This document shows positions 40,320 through 51,370 of a stretch of DNA of 64,000 nucleotides, in pieces. This DNA is from Ophelia neglecta (lineage: Eukaryota). Position 1 is the stretch's first letter, and every line of letters begins with the position of its first letter. A program made the position numbers and the translations under genes. The notes under the pieces were generated by a model, which had not been told where the DNA came from, made no database searches, and was given only the letters and a program-made list of their open reading frames with translations. The stretch spans positions 7,688,001-7,752,000 of the forward strand of contig OZ260662.1 of NCBI GenBank assembly GCA_965285935.1, in the 5' to 3' direction.

Positions 40320-43300
40320 CAGGATACACTGGACGGGGTTGAAGTTGTTTTAGGCTATAGTATGGCGTGTTCTACCCTTCGCAGCAGAGGCTAATGCTTA
40401 TCGCATGGCTTCTCCGCATCACAGGCGAAGAGAGCGGAGCTGTGTACTCTGCTACGAAGGGAAGGCGTGTTCCTGCCTATATTAGTAATTACGTGAACAA
40501 TTGTCTTAATTTTTCGTCACGCAATTTGTAATATGTTTGTAGACTTGAGATGTACTGTTGTAGGCCTATATCGAGAGTAGGTCATGTCTTTCGGAGAAAA
40601 ATAAAGATATCAAACCAAATCAAATCTTTCAAGCACTTGTTGTTAGGATAATAAAATATCTTACTTTAAAACCTCTTTAACCTGTTTTAATAAAGGTATT
40701 TAAAACTCGGTGTTCAATTCTATATGGGCTCCTTGTAAAAATATAGGTGTTGACTGAAAGAATCACATAGGGAAAAGATATCTAAATAAATAAATAGATA
40801 TTGTCATACTGTGTCTTTATTTACAACTTACTGTTCCATATGTTAGGTAGGAACGTATTCATTTATTAATGTTCCATATTGTTTTATTTTGAGAGGGTCC
40901 CTACGAATGACAGCGCCATAGCTAGAGAGAGAGAGATTTATTCACGATAAAGGATTACACCTGTCGAGTCGTGCCCCGACTACCCTCTGTAACAAAGTAA
41001 CAAAATACAGCGAAACAGCCAAAATTAAGTACATTAAAACGAGATTTAATAGGCCTACTAAACCGAATAAACAAAATAGCATTACTGTATTACAGTTAAA
41101 AAGAAGAATGAACGAAAAGATACAACATGGCCGCCGGATTACAGACACACGGGACTCGGGACACGTACCAGAAAATACCCCAGACAATATCACTTTGAAA
41201 ATATAGTCAAGCTGTCTTGGGCCTCTTTTTTTTAAAGAAATATTAGTTTTTCAAATGCTTCTCGTGGTTAAAAATTTAACCGGGGGTACTCTGTGTTAAG
41301 AATCAAATAAAATAAATAATTAAAAATAGGAAAGTAATTTCATACAGAATACCATATCGGTAAAATAAAGAGCAAGTTTTAATAGTGCAAACAAATGCAA
41401 CAAAAAATCAAAGAACGTGCAAAAGTCATATTAGGGGCTTTTATTTCTGGTAGAACTCGCGATCACACCGGTACCGGGGTATTATGCTATTTGCCCCCCC
41501 CCCCCCCACACACCCCCAGCTCAAAACCCTCAACAAACTTTGACGCCGGTACGAACACTGGTGTTCGTTATCCCTACTGCCTAAGCTTAAATTCATAGAT
41601 TTCAAATTTAAACGTTTATTTTAGACGTAATGTGAAGAGAAGAATGTTGCGTACATTTATGTATCACTCAGGCGTATTTGAAGTGCGCAATTTCTAAACT
41701 AGTTCATATTATTGTCTGTCGCATGAGAGCTTAGTTTTTGTTTGATCCGGTAGTATAGATTTAGGTACACTTATCTTTGACTTTCAATGGACACTATGCC
41801 TTGTGTTATTCTTTTGATATCTATAGGCCTATATGTCAGAAATAAACACGAACCCCTTATAAATTCCATCATCAAAGTCCATTGACATTACAACATTCAG
41901 ACTGTAAATAATCAGAAGTTTATAGGTCTAGTAATTAAAACGAGACGATTAAAATTAGGCCTGGTATTTAAAAACTGTTTGGTGATATCAGGGGGTTAAT
42001 TTAATGTTTCCAGCGCGTCTTTTCGTGTTTATAATAAACCATGCATTAGGTCATGAGAAAAAGGAACTTCGGTTGGCTCCCGCGTGAGCCTAGCTTTTGT
42101 CTCAAATTTCTCTCAACACACACAAACTTTTGGACTTTCTCACTCTAGGAGTGCCATTGATAAAATTTCATTTAAATTAATAAATATTGCGGAATTTGCT
42201 GACATTTTGTTTATTATGCCAAATGGGACGAGTTCAGACCAATTAATATTTTACACTGTATTGATTCCCAATATGCTGAATTTGTATTACTTTTATTTGT
42301 TAGTTAAATTAAACATGCACAAGTTAACTTTATTCGTACATATCAAATCCTCAAAATAAAATATCCCTTGATGAGAGCCGTGTGCGCATGTCTGTGCTGA
42401 CTTTCCTCCCTCCCTGTCTTAGTGTTTGAAATTGCTACGTCACCAATCTAAGTGCCTACGTTTCATGGCATTAGCCAGAGCGCAGCAAACACCGAACATT
42501 CGCAAAATGTTTCCGATAAGTCCCCCAAAAAGGCAATGTTCTGGCTATACGCTCTGGGAGTATAATTCGTATTCTATTAAATTGATAATAGGACAAATTT
42601 TAAACATGGCAAGACATATTATCATGTAAGATTATGTAGGTATTATAACTGCGTAGGCATTATATTAAGTGGTTTTTTTTTCTTTCTCGGTATTTTTGTC
42701 AATATACACGCGGGTCGTTTTACGTGATAAATTTTGATTTCGAAAAAGCTGATGGCTTAAATTTGATCTATTAATGTTATAATTGTTTCCAAACTCGAAG
42801 GTGTAGCAAGAACCATTAAAAATGAGTAACAGGAGTTGGTCGATCGTCATAGAAACACGAGAATAACGAATTAACCTATTTATTTGTTTTTTCTTTTGCC
42901 TACTAAATGTATATTGCAATCTGGTTGAGTATACATGTACCTGTTCATCCAAAAACAGCAAGCCACGTGTATGAGCGAAATTAATGGCTAAAGGCGTGTA
43001 CATTAATATATTCCTTTTCACTGGGAACTACTTTGTTATATTGTTCCGCGATTTAGTTTTATGATTATCAATCATAAGTCGATATTTGCAAGATTGAAAT
43101 ATTTCTTATGTATATTAAAAGCTTTTTCAATAATGTTGCCAGTTTGTTTAGCGGAATTCGCTGTAACAGTAAGGCTACTCTGTATTCAAAGCTTGACGTT
43201 TCGAATGGAACTTGATTGCAAACATACGAGTAAATCCCTACGCCTGTGTGCTAGCTCCCGTGGCTTTTCACACGTCATAATTCCCATTAGTTTGAAGTGG

Positions 43301-43384
43301 GTGTCTCCTTGAAAACTTCAGACGTGTTTGGGCAGCCCGCCTGTTTGTTCTGCCAGTACTTGTCAGAACCTGGCCCTCCTTGCA

Positions 43385-43672
43385 TGAGTTTTGTGGATTG
43401 TTGAAGGCCCTTCCTACATGTGTATTGTGGTCCGTTAAAAGCCATATTTACATGAGTTTTGTGAACCGCTAAAGGCCTTCCGTACACGTGTTTTTGGACC
43501 GTTAAAGGCCCTCGGTACACGTGTTTTTGGGACCGTTTAAGGCCCTCGGTACACATGTTTTTGGACCGGTAAAGGCCCTCGTTAAACGTGTTTTTGGACC
43601 GGTAAAGGCCCTCGTTAAACGTGTTTTTGGACCGTTAAAGGCCCTCGGTACACGTGTTTTTGGGACCGTTAA
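43385..43672. repeat. 33-bp minisatellite, ~8 copies
   Basis: Unit TTTTTGGACCGTTAAAGGCCCTCGGTACACGTG; accounts for the repetitive ORFs 43287-43754. Confidence 0.92.
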
Positions 43673-44277
43673 TTTGGCAATGAAATTGAATGGTTTTGTC
43701 TTGAAAATCATTAATTACATTATATCTACAACTTTTTATTCGTCGATAGTATAGATATAATCTTGCAGTTGATAAAATATATAGAAGTAAAGAAATAATA
43801 GATGAATATCATATATAAATAATGACTCCACCAAGCAATTCACATTTTCACCGAGCCAATCTCTAGACGACACTTATTTATTTTTGCCGGGGTGGCGGTA
43901 TTTGACATTTCGTTTTCCTTTGGGAGCGTGGTGTTTTGTTCTCGCTGAAGAGGAACCCTTGATAGATATCTCTAGCGGTTCACGTCTATAAAATGCGCCA
44001 TTATTAGCTTTTCACAGTCGAGTGCCCACCGAGTATCAGGTCCTCGAGCTATCACAAAGTCCTTTTAAGTCTGAACAGTCTGTTCACTGCCTGTATACCA
44101 CCCATCTCGTAGCCGGCGCTCTACCCACTGAAGTCCCACTGAAGTCCGGACGGATATTACACTTTTAAAGGGGCCGCTTGAAAGACGAGCCGACAGATGG
44201 AAACACTCTAATTATAAGAGGTCTTGTATAACAAATACCTTATAGCCTACGGTTATACCGCTTTGGCGTCCAAAATA

Positions 44278-44454
44278 CGGTGAAACCTGTCTTTAACGAC
44301 CACCTCTATAATCAGACCACCCGTCAGCGCCGGCCACTAATACGAAGACAATAATTTACTCTTTCAATATAAAATAACCTGTATAAATACTCCCCCTCTA
44401 TAATCAGACCAGTTTTTTCCAGTGTTTGCCTGGTCTTAAATCCGAGGATTCGCT
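44278..44454 (+). mobile_element. Tc1/pogo-type MITE, diverged
   Basis: TA-CGGTGAAACCTG, GACCACCTCTATAATCAGACCAC; degenerate right TIR. Confidence 0.72.
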
Positions 44455-45299
44455 GGTCTAGTTTGTTCTAAAGACGACGTTATAAGCTGTCCAGGGCCAT
44501 TTGAACAGAAGTTCTTTTTATTAAGAATTGTGAGCTGAGTTGATCATGTTGCTATATGATATGATATGTATGTGTGTATGCATGTATATGTATGTATGTA
44601 ATTTCTTCAAACATCTTGTATAATATGGTTGAGTACGATGGCCCCATGCTAGCGATCTCTGTGTATATCTTAGTGGGGTCATCCCTTGTCAGTATTAGGC
44701 CTATAATTTTATTTAACTTGATATACTATCATTTTTTCCTAGATTACAACGGACCAAATAATGTTTTCATCATGTTCATATAGTTTAATTCTTATATTTT
44801 TTGTCCAAATCATTTGTATATTGCCATTTGAATATTGCCATGATATAATAATTTGGTTGAATAAAGTTCCTCTATAATAAATACCCTAGAAAATTTATGG
44901 TTTTAAAGACAGAACTGGTTAAAGGTTTCTGTCAAACAAGACGATTTGTCTAGAAGCTTGGGACGTTTAAGAGGCCGATTTGCTGAGAGACAGTCTCGGT
45001 TATTATTAGATTCACCGCCGTCTCCCATCTGTGCTGCGCGTGACAGGCAATCTTCTAATGAAAGGTTGTGTTTAATGGAGCGGGAGGCTTCGACCGCCTC
45101 CTGCCGATCAGACATTCTGTTCCGGCGTTCTGTCGGAGGTCGGCTGCCACCTCCGGCCTGGTGTGTTTGTGACGGACTCGCGGGGCGTCCTTCACCGAAA
45201 ACCCACCGATCGATTGATGAATTGGTGGACAATGATCCCAGGCGGGAAGGCATCGATCACCGGTTACAGTAGGGGGTATACAGGTGCGGGGGTACTCGT

Positions 45300-45960
45300 G
45301 GGGAGCCAGGTGAGAGGTGTATATCAGTCCGGTGGTATATAGGAGTGTCGGGCTGACAGCCTCGAGACTAGGAGCAGTGGGCCTCTCCGACTGGGGATAA
45401 TAGCTAGGGCGGTGTATCCTCTGGCCCGGTGGTATAAAGAGAGGCGGGAGGGAGGGCTCTCGGAGTGGGTAAGTAATGGCTAATGGCGGGCTGTCCGCCG
45501 GCCCGCGGCATGGCACAGGGAGGGAGCGAGCGAGGGAGCGAGAGAGGGGGTAGGGACGGGATCTCGGAGTGGGTAAGTTATGGCCAAGGGCGGGTTGTCC
45601 GCCGGCCCGCTGCATTACATATATATAGGGAGAGGGAGCGAGAGAGGGAGGTAGGGACGGACTCTCGGAGTGGGTATGAGCCAGGGGAGGAGTGTCCTCC
45701 GGCCCGGTGGTATGTGGTGGGAGGGGTGTCCTCTCGTCAGGAGATATTTGGACGGAGGGCCAGAGGAGGGGTGTCACCGGTCTGGTGGTATTAGTATATA
45801 TAAGGAGCTCGGGCGGGGGAGGTAGGAGGGTATACTCCTGCCAGGTTTAGGGAGAGTAGGGTCTCTCGGAGCGGGTAAGTAAGGACCAGAGGAGCGATGT
45901 CCAGTATAGAGAGGGGACTGTCCTCTCGGCGGAGGGAGTAGAGATCGGCGGGGAGGTATC
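45300..45960. repeat. Degenerate G-rich ~100-bp repeat
   Basis: TCTCGGAG(T/C)GGGTA(A/T)G at about 45457, 45562, 45663 and 45864; recurrent CCGGTGGTAT. Confidence 0.65.
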
Positions 45961-46075
45961 TGTAGCCACTCACGGCGCGGTTACCTGCCTTCAGAAGGCA
46001 CGGCTGAGATGTAGCATCCTTCAACAACCTGTCCGCTCAGTCTACATGATGTCGCTCTTCTCAAACGCCACATTC

Positions 46076-46238
46076 CCGCCATCTTGTTTATCAGCCTGCT
46101 CCAGAAACGCCCGGTTTCCATGGTAACGTGTTAGGGGCGCATCCGAGGAAGGCCGGGGAGGTTTACGGAGCTGCTGTAAGAATGTCTGATGTATCGGGTC
46201 TGGTAAAATCGATTGTAAAGGCAAACAAAGATGGCGGC
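46076..46238. promoter_or_regulatory. Candidate regulatory module: two inverted YY1/Pho sites flanking an RFX X-box
   Basis: CCGCCATCTTGTTT (46076), GTTTCCATGGTAAC (46114-46127), AAACAAAGATGGCGGC (46223-46238). Confidence 0.45.
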
Positions 46239-46731
46239 GATCGAGGCAGACGTCTGAGAGGCCCTCCTTGGACGCGAGGCCAGCCTTCAAATATCAAAAC
46301 ACGCTTTATTTCTTTTCGGGACGTTAGGAATCACGTGGGCAATCATTGAAGAAACACTCGCACCAGTTAATTCTAAAAGAAGTCATATCGACCGAACGAA
46401 TCTACCACGATCAATTTTTACACAAAGGAAATTCTTTGCTCTGCAAGAAGCTGAATGTTTTATATTTGTAAACGAAAGGTAATTAATGTTATAATCAACA
46501 AAAAATCCATGTAAAAAACACTGTAAGCGGCGCAGTTTGTCAATGAATTATATTAAATTGCCCGGTAACAAACTGCATGGCGCCCCCTACACTGACACAT
46601 ATCTGTCTCCACCGGCCTGCCCCGCGTTCTTTTGGAACCCTAGGGTCTTGTTCTGCTTGTAAACAAAGTTTTCCGTAGACTGTGCTGATTTTTATTTATA
46701 AAGGTATATGTATGTTGTCTGACCACGGGGG

Positions 46732-46734
<3 letters not shown>

Positions 46735-46819
<85 letters not shown>
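46735..46819. repeat. (GA)n microsatellite
   Basis: About 42 perfect GA units. Confidence 0.99.
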
Positions 46820-46820
<1 letters not shown>

Positions 46821-46892
46821 AGGACGGCGGGAGCTCTTTTCTCTCTCTCGCTCTATCTTGTTTTTATGGAGGTATAGAGGTCGTCTGAACCA

Positions 46893-47080
46893 GAGGGTTT
46901 GGGCGAGGGAGAGGGTTTGGGAGAGGGGGAGAGGGTTTGGGAGAGGGTTTGGGAAAGGGGGAGACGGTTTGGGAGAGGGTATGGGAGAGGGGGAGAGGTT
47001 TTGGGAGAGGGGGAGAGGGTTTAGGAGACGGTGTGAGAGAGGGCGGGATAACGATACAGGTCCATAGGGTTTGGGAGGGA
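46893..47080. repeat. G-rich simple repeat (GAGAGGGTTTGG)n
   Basis: Direct reading. Confidence 0.85.
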
Positions 47081-48209
47081 CCGAGAGCAGGATTACATTT
47101 TTCTCCCGTTCTATCTTTTATTTAAGAAGGTTTGACGTTAGAGGTTGTCTGGTCAAGAGGGTGAGAGACAAGGCGGGGTGACTGGACGCCAGTTCTCCCG
47201 TCCTTTCTGATAGCAGCCTGTCAGTGTAATGTCAGCCCGGGGCCCCACGGCGGTGCCCCTGAAATCCCGACAGGCGACCGGGAAGTCTTCTTTGAAGTCC
47301 ACACACCTCATTACTACCTGCCGGCGTAGTGACCTCCGATTGTAGGGAGCTGAGTAGAGGGGTCAGGGGTCAGATGTGACCAGGGGTCAGGGGTCAGATG
47401 TGATGACAAAGACCGGGTCACCATCCGCGTGTCTATTGAACAAAAGTCGACCATTTTCTTACTTATCCATACATCGACTACCTGAATATCGTCGACCTAA
47501 ATACGAGTTAGTTAGGAAGGCCTGTTTCCTGTCTCGTTCATATTATTCTGAATTCGTTTGCTCATATTATTAAGAACGGAGAAAGGCCAATCGTATTATA
47601 TAACACCTGCTGACCGACGGGGGTCAGGCCCCCAAGAAGGTCAGGGCCCCACGGGGGTCAGGATGAGGACCAGAGCCCCACGATGGTCTGCCCCCCCCCC
47701 CCCCCCGGGGGGGGAGTAGGGGTAAGGCCCCACAGACATCAGTTCCTCAAAGGGGGCCAGGGCCCGACGGTGGTCAGGGCCAAATGGGGGGTAAGGACCC
47801 AGTCCCTTCTCCCTCCCATAAGACGCCTTAGCTTTGGGGTGGGTGGCCCTCCCGGGTGGTATCTGGGACTAACACCACAACCCCCTCAACGAAGCGACAC
47901 CTACCCTATAAGAGGACCCCCACCGCTACCCTACTCCCCGTCTCAGCTCCAACAGAGATATTCTCGGTCAGATCTCCTGCCACGCGAGAACGGAGAAGAG
48001 TTTTCTAGTCCGGTTTAAGTACAATCCGTCTATCTGGCGAAAGATCGAGTTCTGGTCGGAATTATACCCAGGCTTCCTGCAGGGGCGGCCGGTAAACATC
48101 AAAAGGATGGCTCTAAACTAACTGTAAGGTCTGTCTAGACTCACAGCTTTATTGGAAATTAGAAACGGGTACAGGTAGGCTTCAAAGAGTCTGGGCAAGG
48201 CTTGGGAGT

Positions 48210-48462
48210 GACGGGGGGGGGGGGGCGAGAGGGGGGAGGGGGGCGGGGGACGGGGGAGAGGGGGAGGGGGGAGTGGGGGTAGGGGAGTGGGATGGGGGGG
48301 GAGGGGGGGAGTGAGAGGGGGATGGGGGGAGGGGGAGTGTGGGGGAGTGGGACAGTGGGGGGGGGGAGTGAGGGGGGGAGTGATGAGGGAGGGGGGCTCG
48401 AAAAAAATGTAGACGTATGGGTATTGGTGGGGGAGGGGGAGGGAATGGAGTAGCGGGCGGGG
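48210..48462 (+). repeat. Poly-G/GA low-complexity tract
   Basis: Dense G-runs of 4 or more; gives spurious Pro-rich ORFs on the minus strand. Confidence 0.9.
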
Positions 48463-49689
48463 TGAAGTCCAAATTGATGAATTTATTGTGTTCAAATAGG
48501 CTTATTACCTATATCATATACTTTTAGTGGAAAAACGCTACTATTCAGCAGATGACGATGGCCTGCGATGGCCCATGAAATATCTGGTACAAAAAGAGGC
48601 CCCGAGGCCCCCGGGTGTTGATCAGCGGACTGTGGTATGGTCGTCCCCGTGGTGTGCCTCGGCCAGGAAGAGCTCGAGGGTCCCCGGGTGTTGTTCAGAG
48701 GCCGCTAGTGAAGCTCGCCCCCGCGGAGTTCTCGCGGCAGCGAGGTACCACCGCCCCCGGGTGTTGTCCCGTGCAGCTGGTTCTGCCAATCGCCTTCACA
48801 GAGGAGGAGCAGCACACCTATCTGATCCGACCTCGACCGTCTGCTCAGATATCTGAGTGAGCTCGACGCTCGAGGGATAGAACAAACTGGAATAAAGACA
48901 TACATCAAAAACGCGCCCCACCGCCCTCGAACTACGAAAACATTTAGTCAGAAACAGCCGCTAACTAAAAAAAACACCACTTCTGTGGTCCTTGGGATCT
49001 GGCATCTCTAAGAAGGGAATTAATTACCAGGCACAGCTCAGGAAGAGTAAATAAATAATATTCAATGGAACTCGGCCAGCAGACTAAATATTTATCATAA
49101 CTAGATAACTTGGCTCTCCGCCGATGTTTGCAAGTTAAATAAAAAGGATTAATCGACGGGTTTAGATCAGATTCAGTGAGGGACTCAGGGGGGGGGGGGG
49201 GAAACAGTGGGCCTGAACCAGGGCCTATTTCTGGACCAACTCAAGGTGGTTCCAGAGGGTTGGTAACGGGGACAATCCAGGCATTTGCCTTGTCAGCCTT
49301 GGCAAATTTTGCCCCCCCCCCCCCTCTTCCTGAAATCCACTGAGATTCCACCACAATGATGTATCTATGAACCCGACATCCTCGCCCCGCCGAGCTCGAC
49401 CCAGGCTATAATAGTACCTACTGTATCTGATAGCTATGCCTATTGTGTCGGATAGCTGGATTGGCTTTAGATTTTTGGGGCCTACCGACACATAGACACC
49501 ATGTGGGTCATTTAGTGTCTTAAGTTGGGTATAGTTTATCATTTATTGTATTGTCTATTTTTTATTTACATATGGATAATAGTAAGAAGTAAGCGGTTAT
49601 TGAGCTCTATTTTATAAAATCTTCTAGGTGGATGGGTCAGACTAAAAAGTGTTAGTAAAGGAAGATAAAAGGTTACTGGTTCAATAAAT

Positions 49690-49925
49690 AGATAGAAGAA
49701 GGTTCCATAAACCTTCGCATTTTTTTAAAGATGGCTTTCTCGTCTTAGATCTACTACATTTTGTAGTAGAGATCTATATATTTTAAGTATCTGCTGTGGA
49801 CAGACCTTGTCGAATAGGGTTTTGAGGCTGTTAACGTTATAAAAACGGTATCTAGCCTCGGCGAAATCGCTCCATTCCAACCGAATATCTTGGATGGTAA
49901 TCTGGCATTGGCAGGCCTCACAAAA
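49690..49925 (-). mobile_element. 3' fragment of an I/Nimb-group LINE (degenerate C-terminal CCHC)
   Basis: CEACQCQITIQDIRLEWSDFAEARYRFYNVNSLKTLFDKV resembles the C..C....T..H.L..C....R...Y....L..LF terminus of I-clade elements. Confidence 0.65.
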
Positions 49926-51116
49926 ATGTGACAATGACAATGACAATGTTTATTGGCTTAAACGTACATTATAAATACTGGTAAAGCCGGTAGGTAAGTA
50001 AAGTAAGTGCAAAGAAAATAATTATTGGTGTCCGTACTAATATCAAACGTCATTATATAAATACCTATAGTTATTGAAAATAAAGCTCGTTCCATATAAA
50101 TAAACATATATACATTACACGCCGGGCACTTTGCTTCTCTGATTGACACAATGCTCATATTTATATATACATGTATATATATATATTATGTTAAATTGAA
50201 TAAGGTATATAATGAAACATTTGCATGGAGCTTTAAGCTGCCAGCTTCACCGTCTGCCCTTGGTTTAAACTTAGGTGACAGGTTTGTATTTTACTCTTTA
50301 AATGATAAATGTCTCTGATAGGATGTAATTTGCATCTTCCTTGTGGATTTTCCAGCAATTGTAGGTCTCCCGTTTGATTGCCCCGGCCTTCCTCAAATAA
50401 TCGGCGAGTTTATTAAGCGTCATACGGTCGCGGGGTCTTCTCTTCTCGGAAGGCGAGTGTGTGTAAAATGAGAGTGGCCAATTGTTACCGATAGCTATAC
50501 CGTAGGAGTTTTAACACGCTTGTTTACCAGTCATGCAGGCTTCTCCAGCTCGCTTTAGTTGGACATTTTTCTCGGCTACAAGCCCGGTTATTTGTCGTCC
50601 ACGGAAGACCGACTTGGCGTATAACCGAGGCATTGTGCCGCCATACTGGTTAACCAATCGAGACGTCACATAAAATGAAATAAATTCAAGTTCTTTTCCT
50701 GCCTAAACTGGTGTTTTTACCCAAATTTGTTTGGTATGTCAAGGCGACTTTCCCTAGATACATATTTTACAACATGATATTAATCTAAACGATGTTTTCA
50801 CTTCTCGCTTCGAAAATTGGTGAGATTTGATACCGAAGCGAGTTTGGTAATTTCCGTTTCCTCGCCGCTGCCCGAGTTGGCAGCCGAGTGCCACATCACG
50901 GCGGCGACTCACTCTCCTAATGGCTAATATCGCGGAATAAACGGCAACTCGTCGGTATCTGCCTCATCCAATATTGCTTTATTGTCAGAAAGTGGATGTT
51001 AATGGACTTCATTCCAAAAATCATCCTATGTTATCGCCCCCGGGCCGTGACTCCCCCCTACACATGATATTTATTGGAATAAACCCAGACACATTGTCCC
51101 TCTGACGTATACTTAC

Positions 51117-51370
51117 CATTGTTTGTTTGTACATAGCCCCATATCGCGTTGCCGGTGATTTCACAAAATGGCGACGGTTATAATCCGGAATGTCGCCTCG
51201 ACTTCGGCTAAAACCAGGCACAGCTCTCCTATTTCTGGCCCAGAGACTCAGACACAATCTAAATGCCACAGTCCCCATTTCCCGTACACTATTACTGTCG
51301 CCATTCCAGGAAGTCGCTTTGCTGTTCACCAATTTGAGACAATTTGTTAAGATGAATACCAAACCATGCC
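51117..51370 (-). other. Candidate first exon of an unidentified minus-strand gene
   Basis: Ends ATGTACAAACAAACAATG|GTAAGT (donor 51111-51116); YY1 (51164-51175) and ETS-like motifs inside. 5' boundary unknown. Confidence 0.35.

Noticed and set aside
45055-45794. 240-aa and 103-aa ORFs
   Set aside because: Arise from a degenerate G/C-rich repeat; no domain or credible exon structure.
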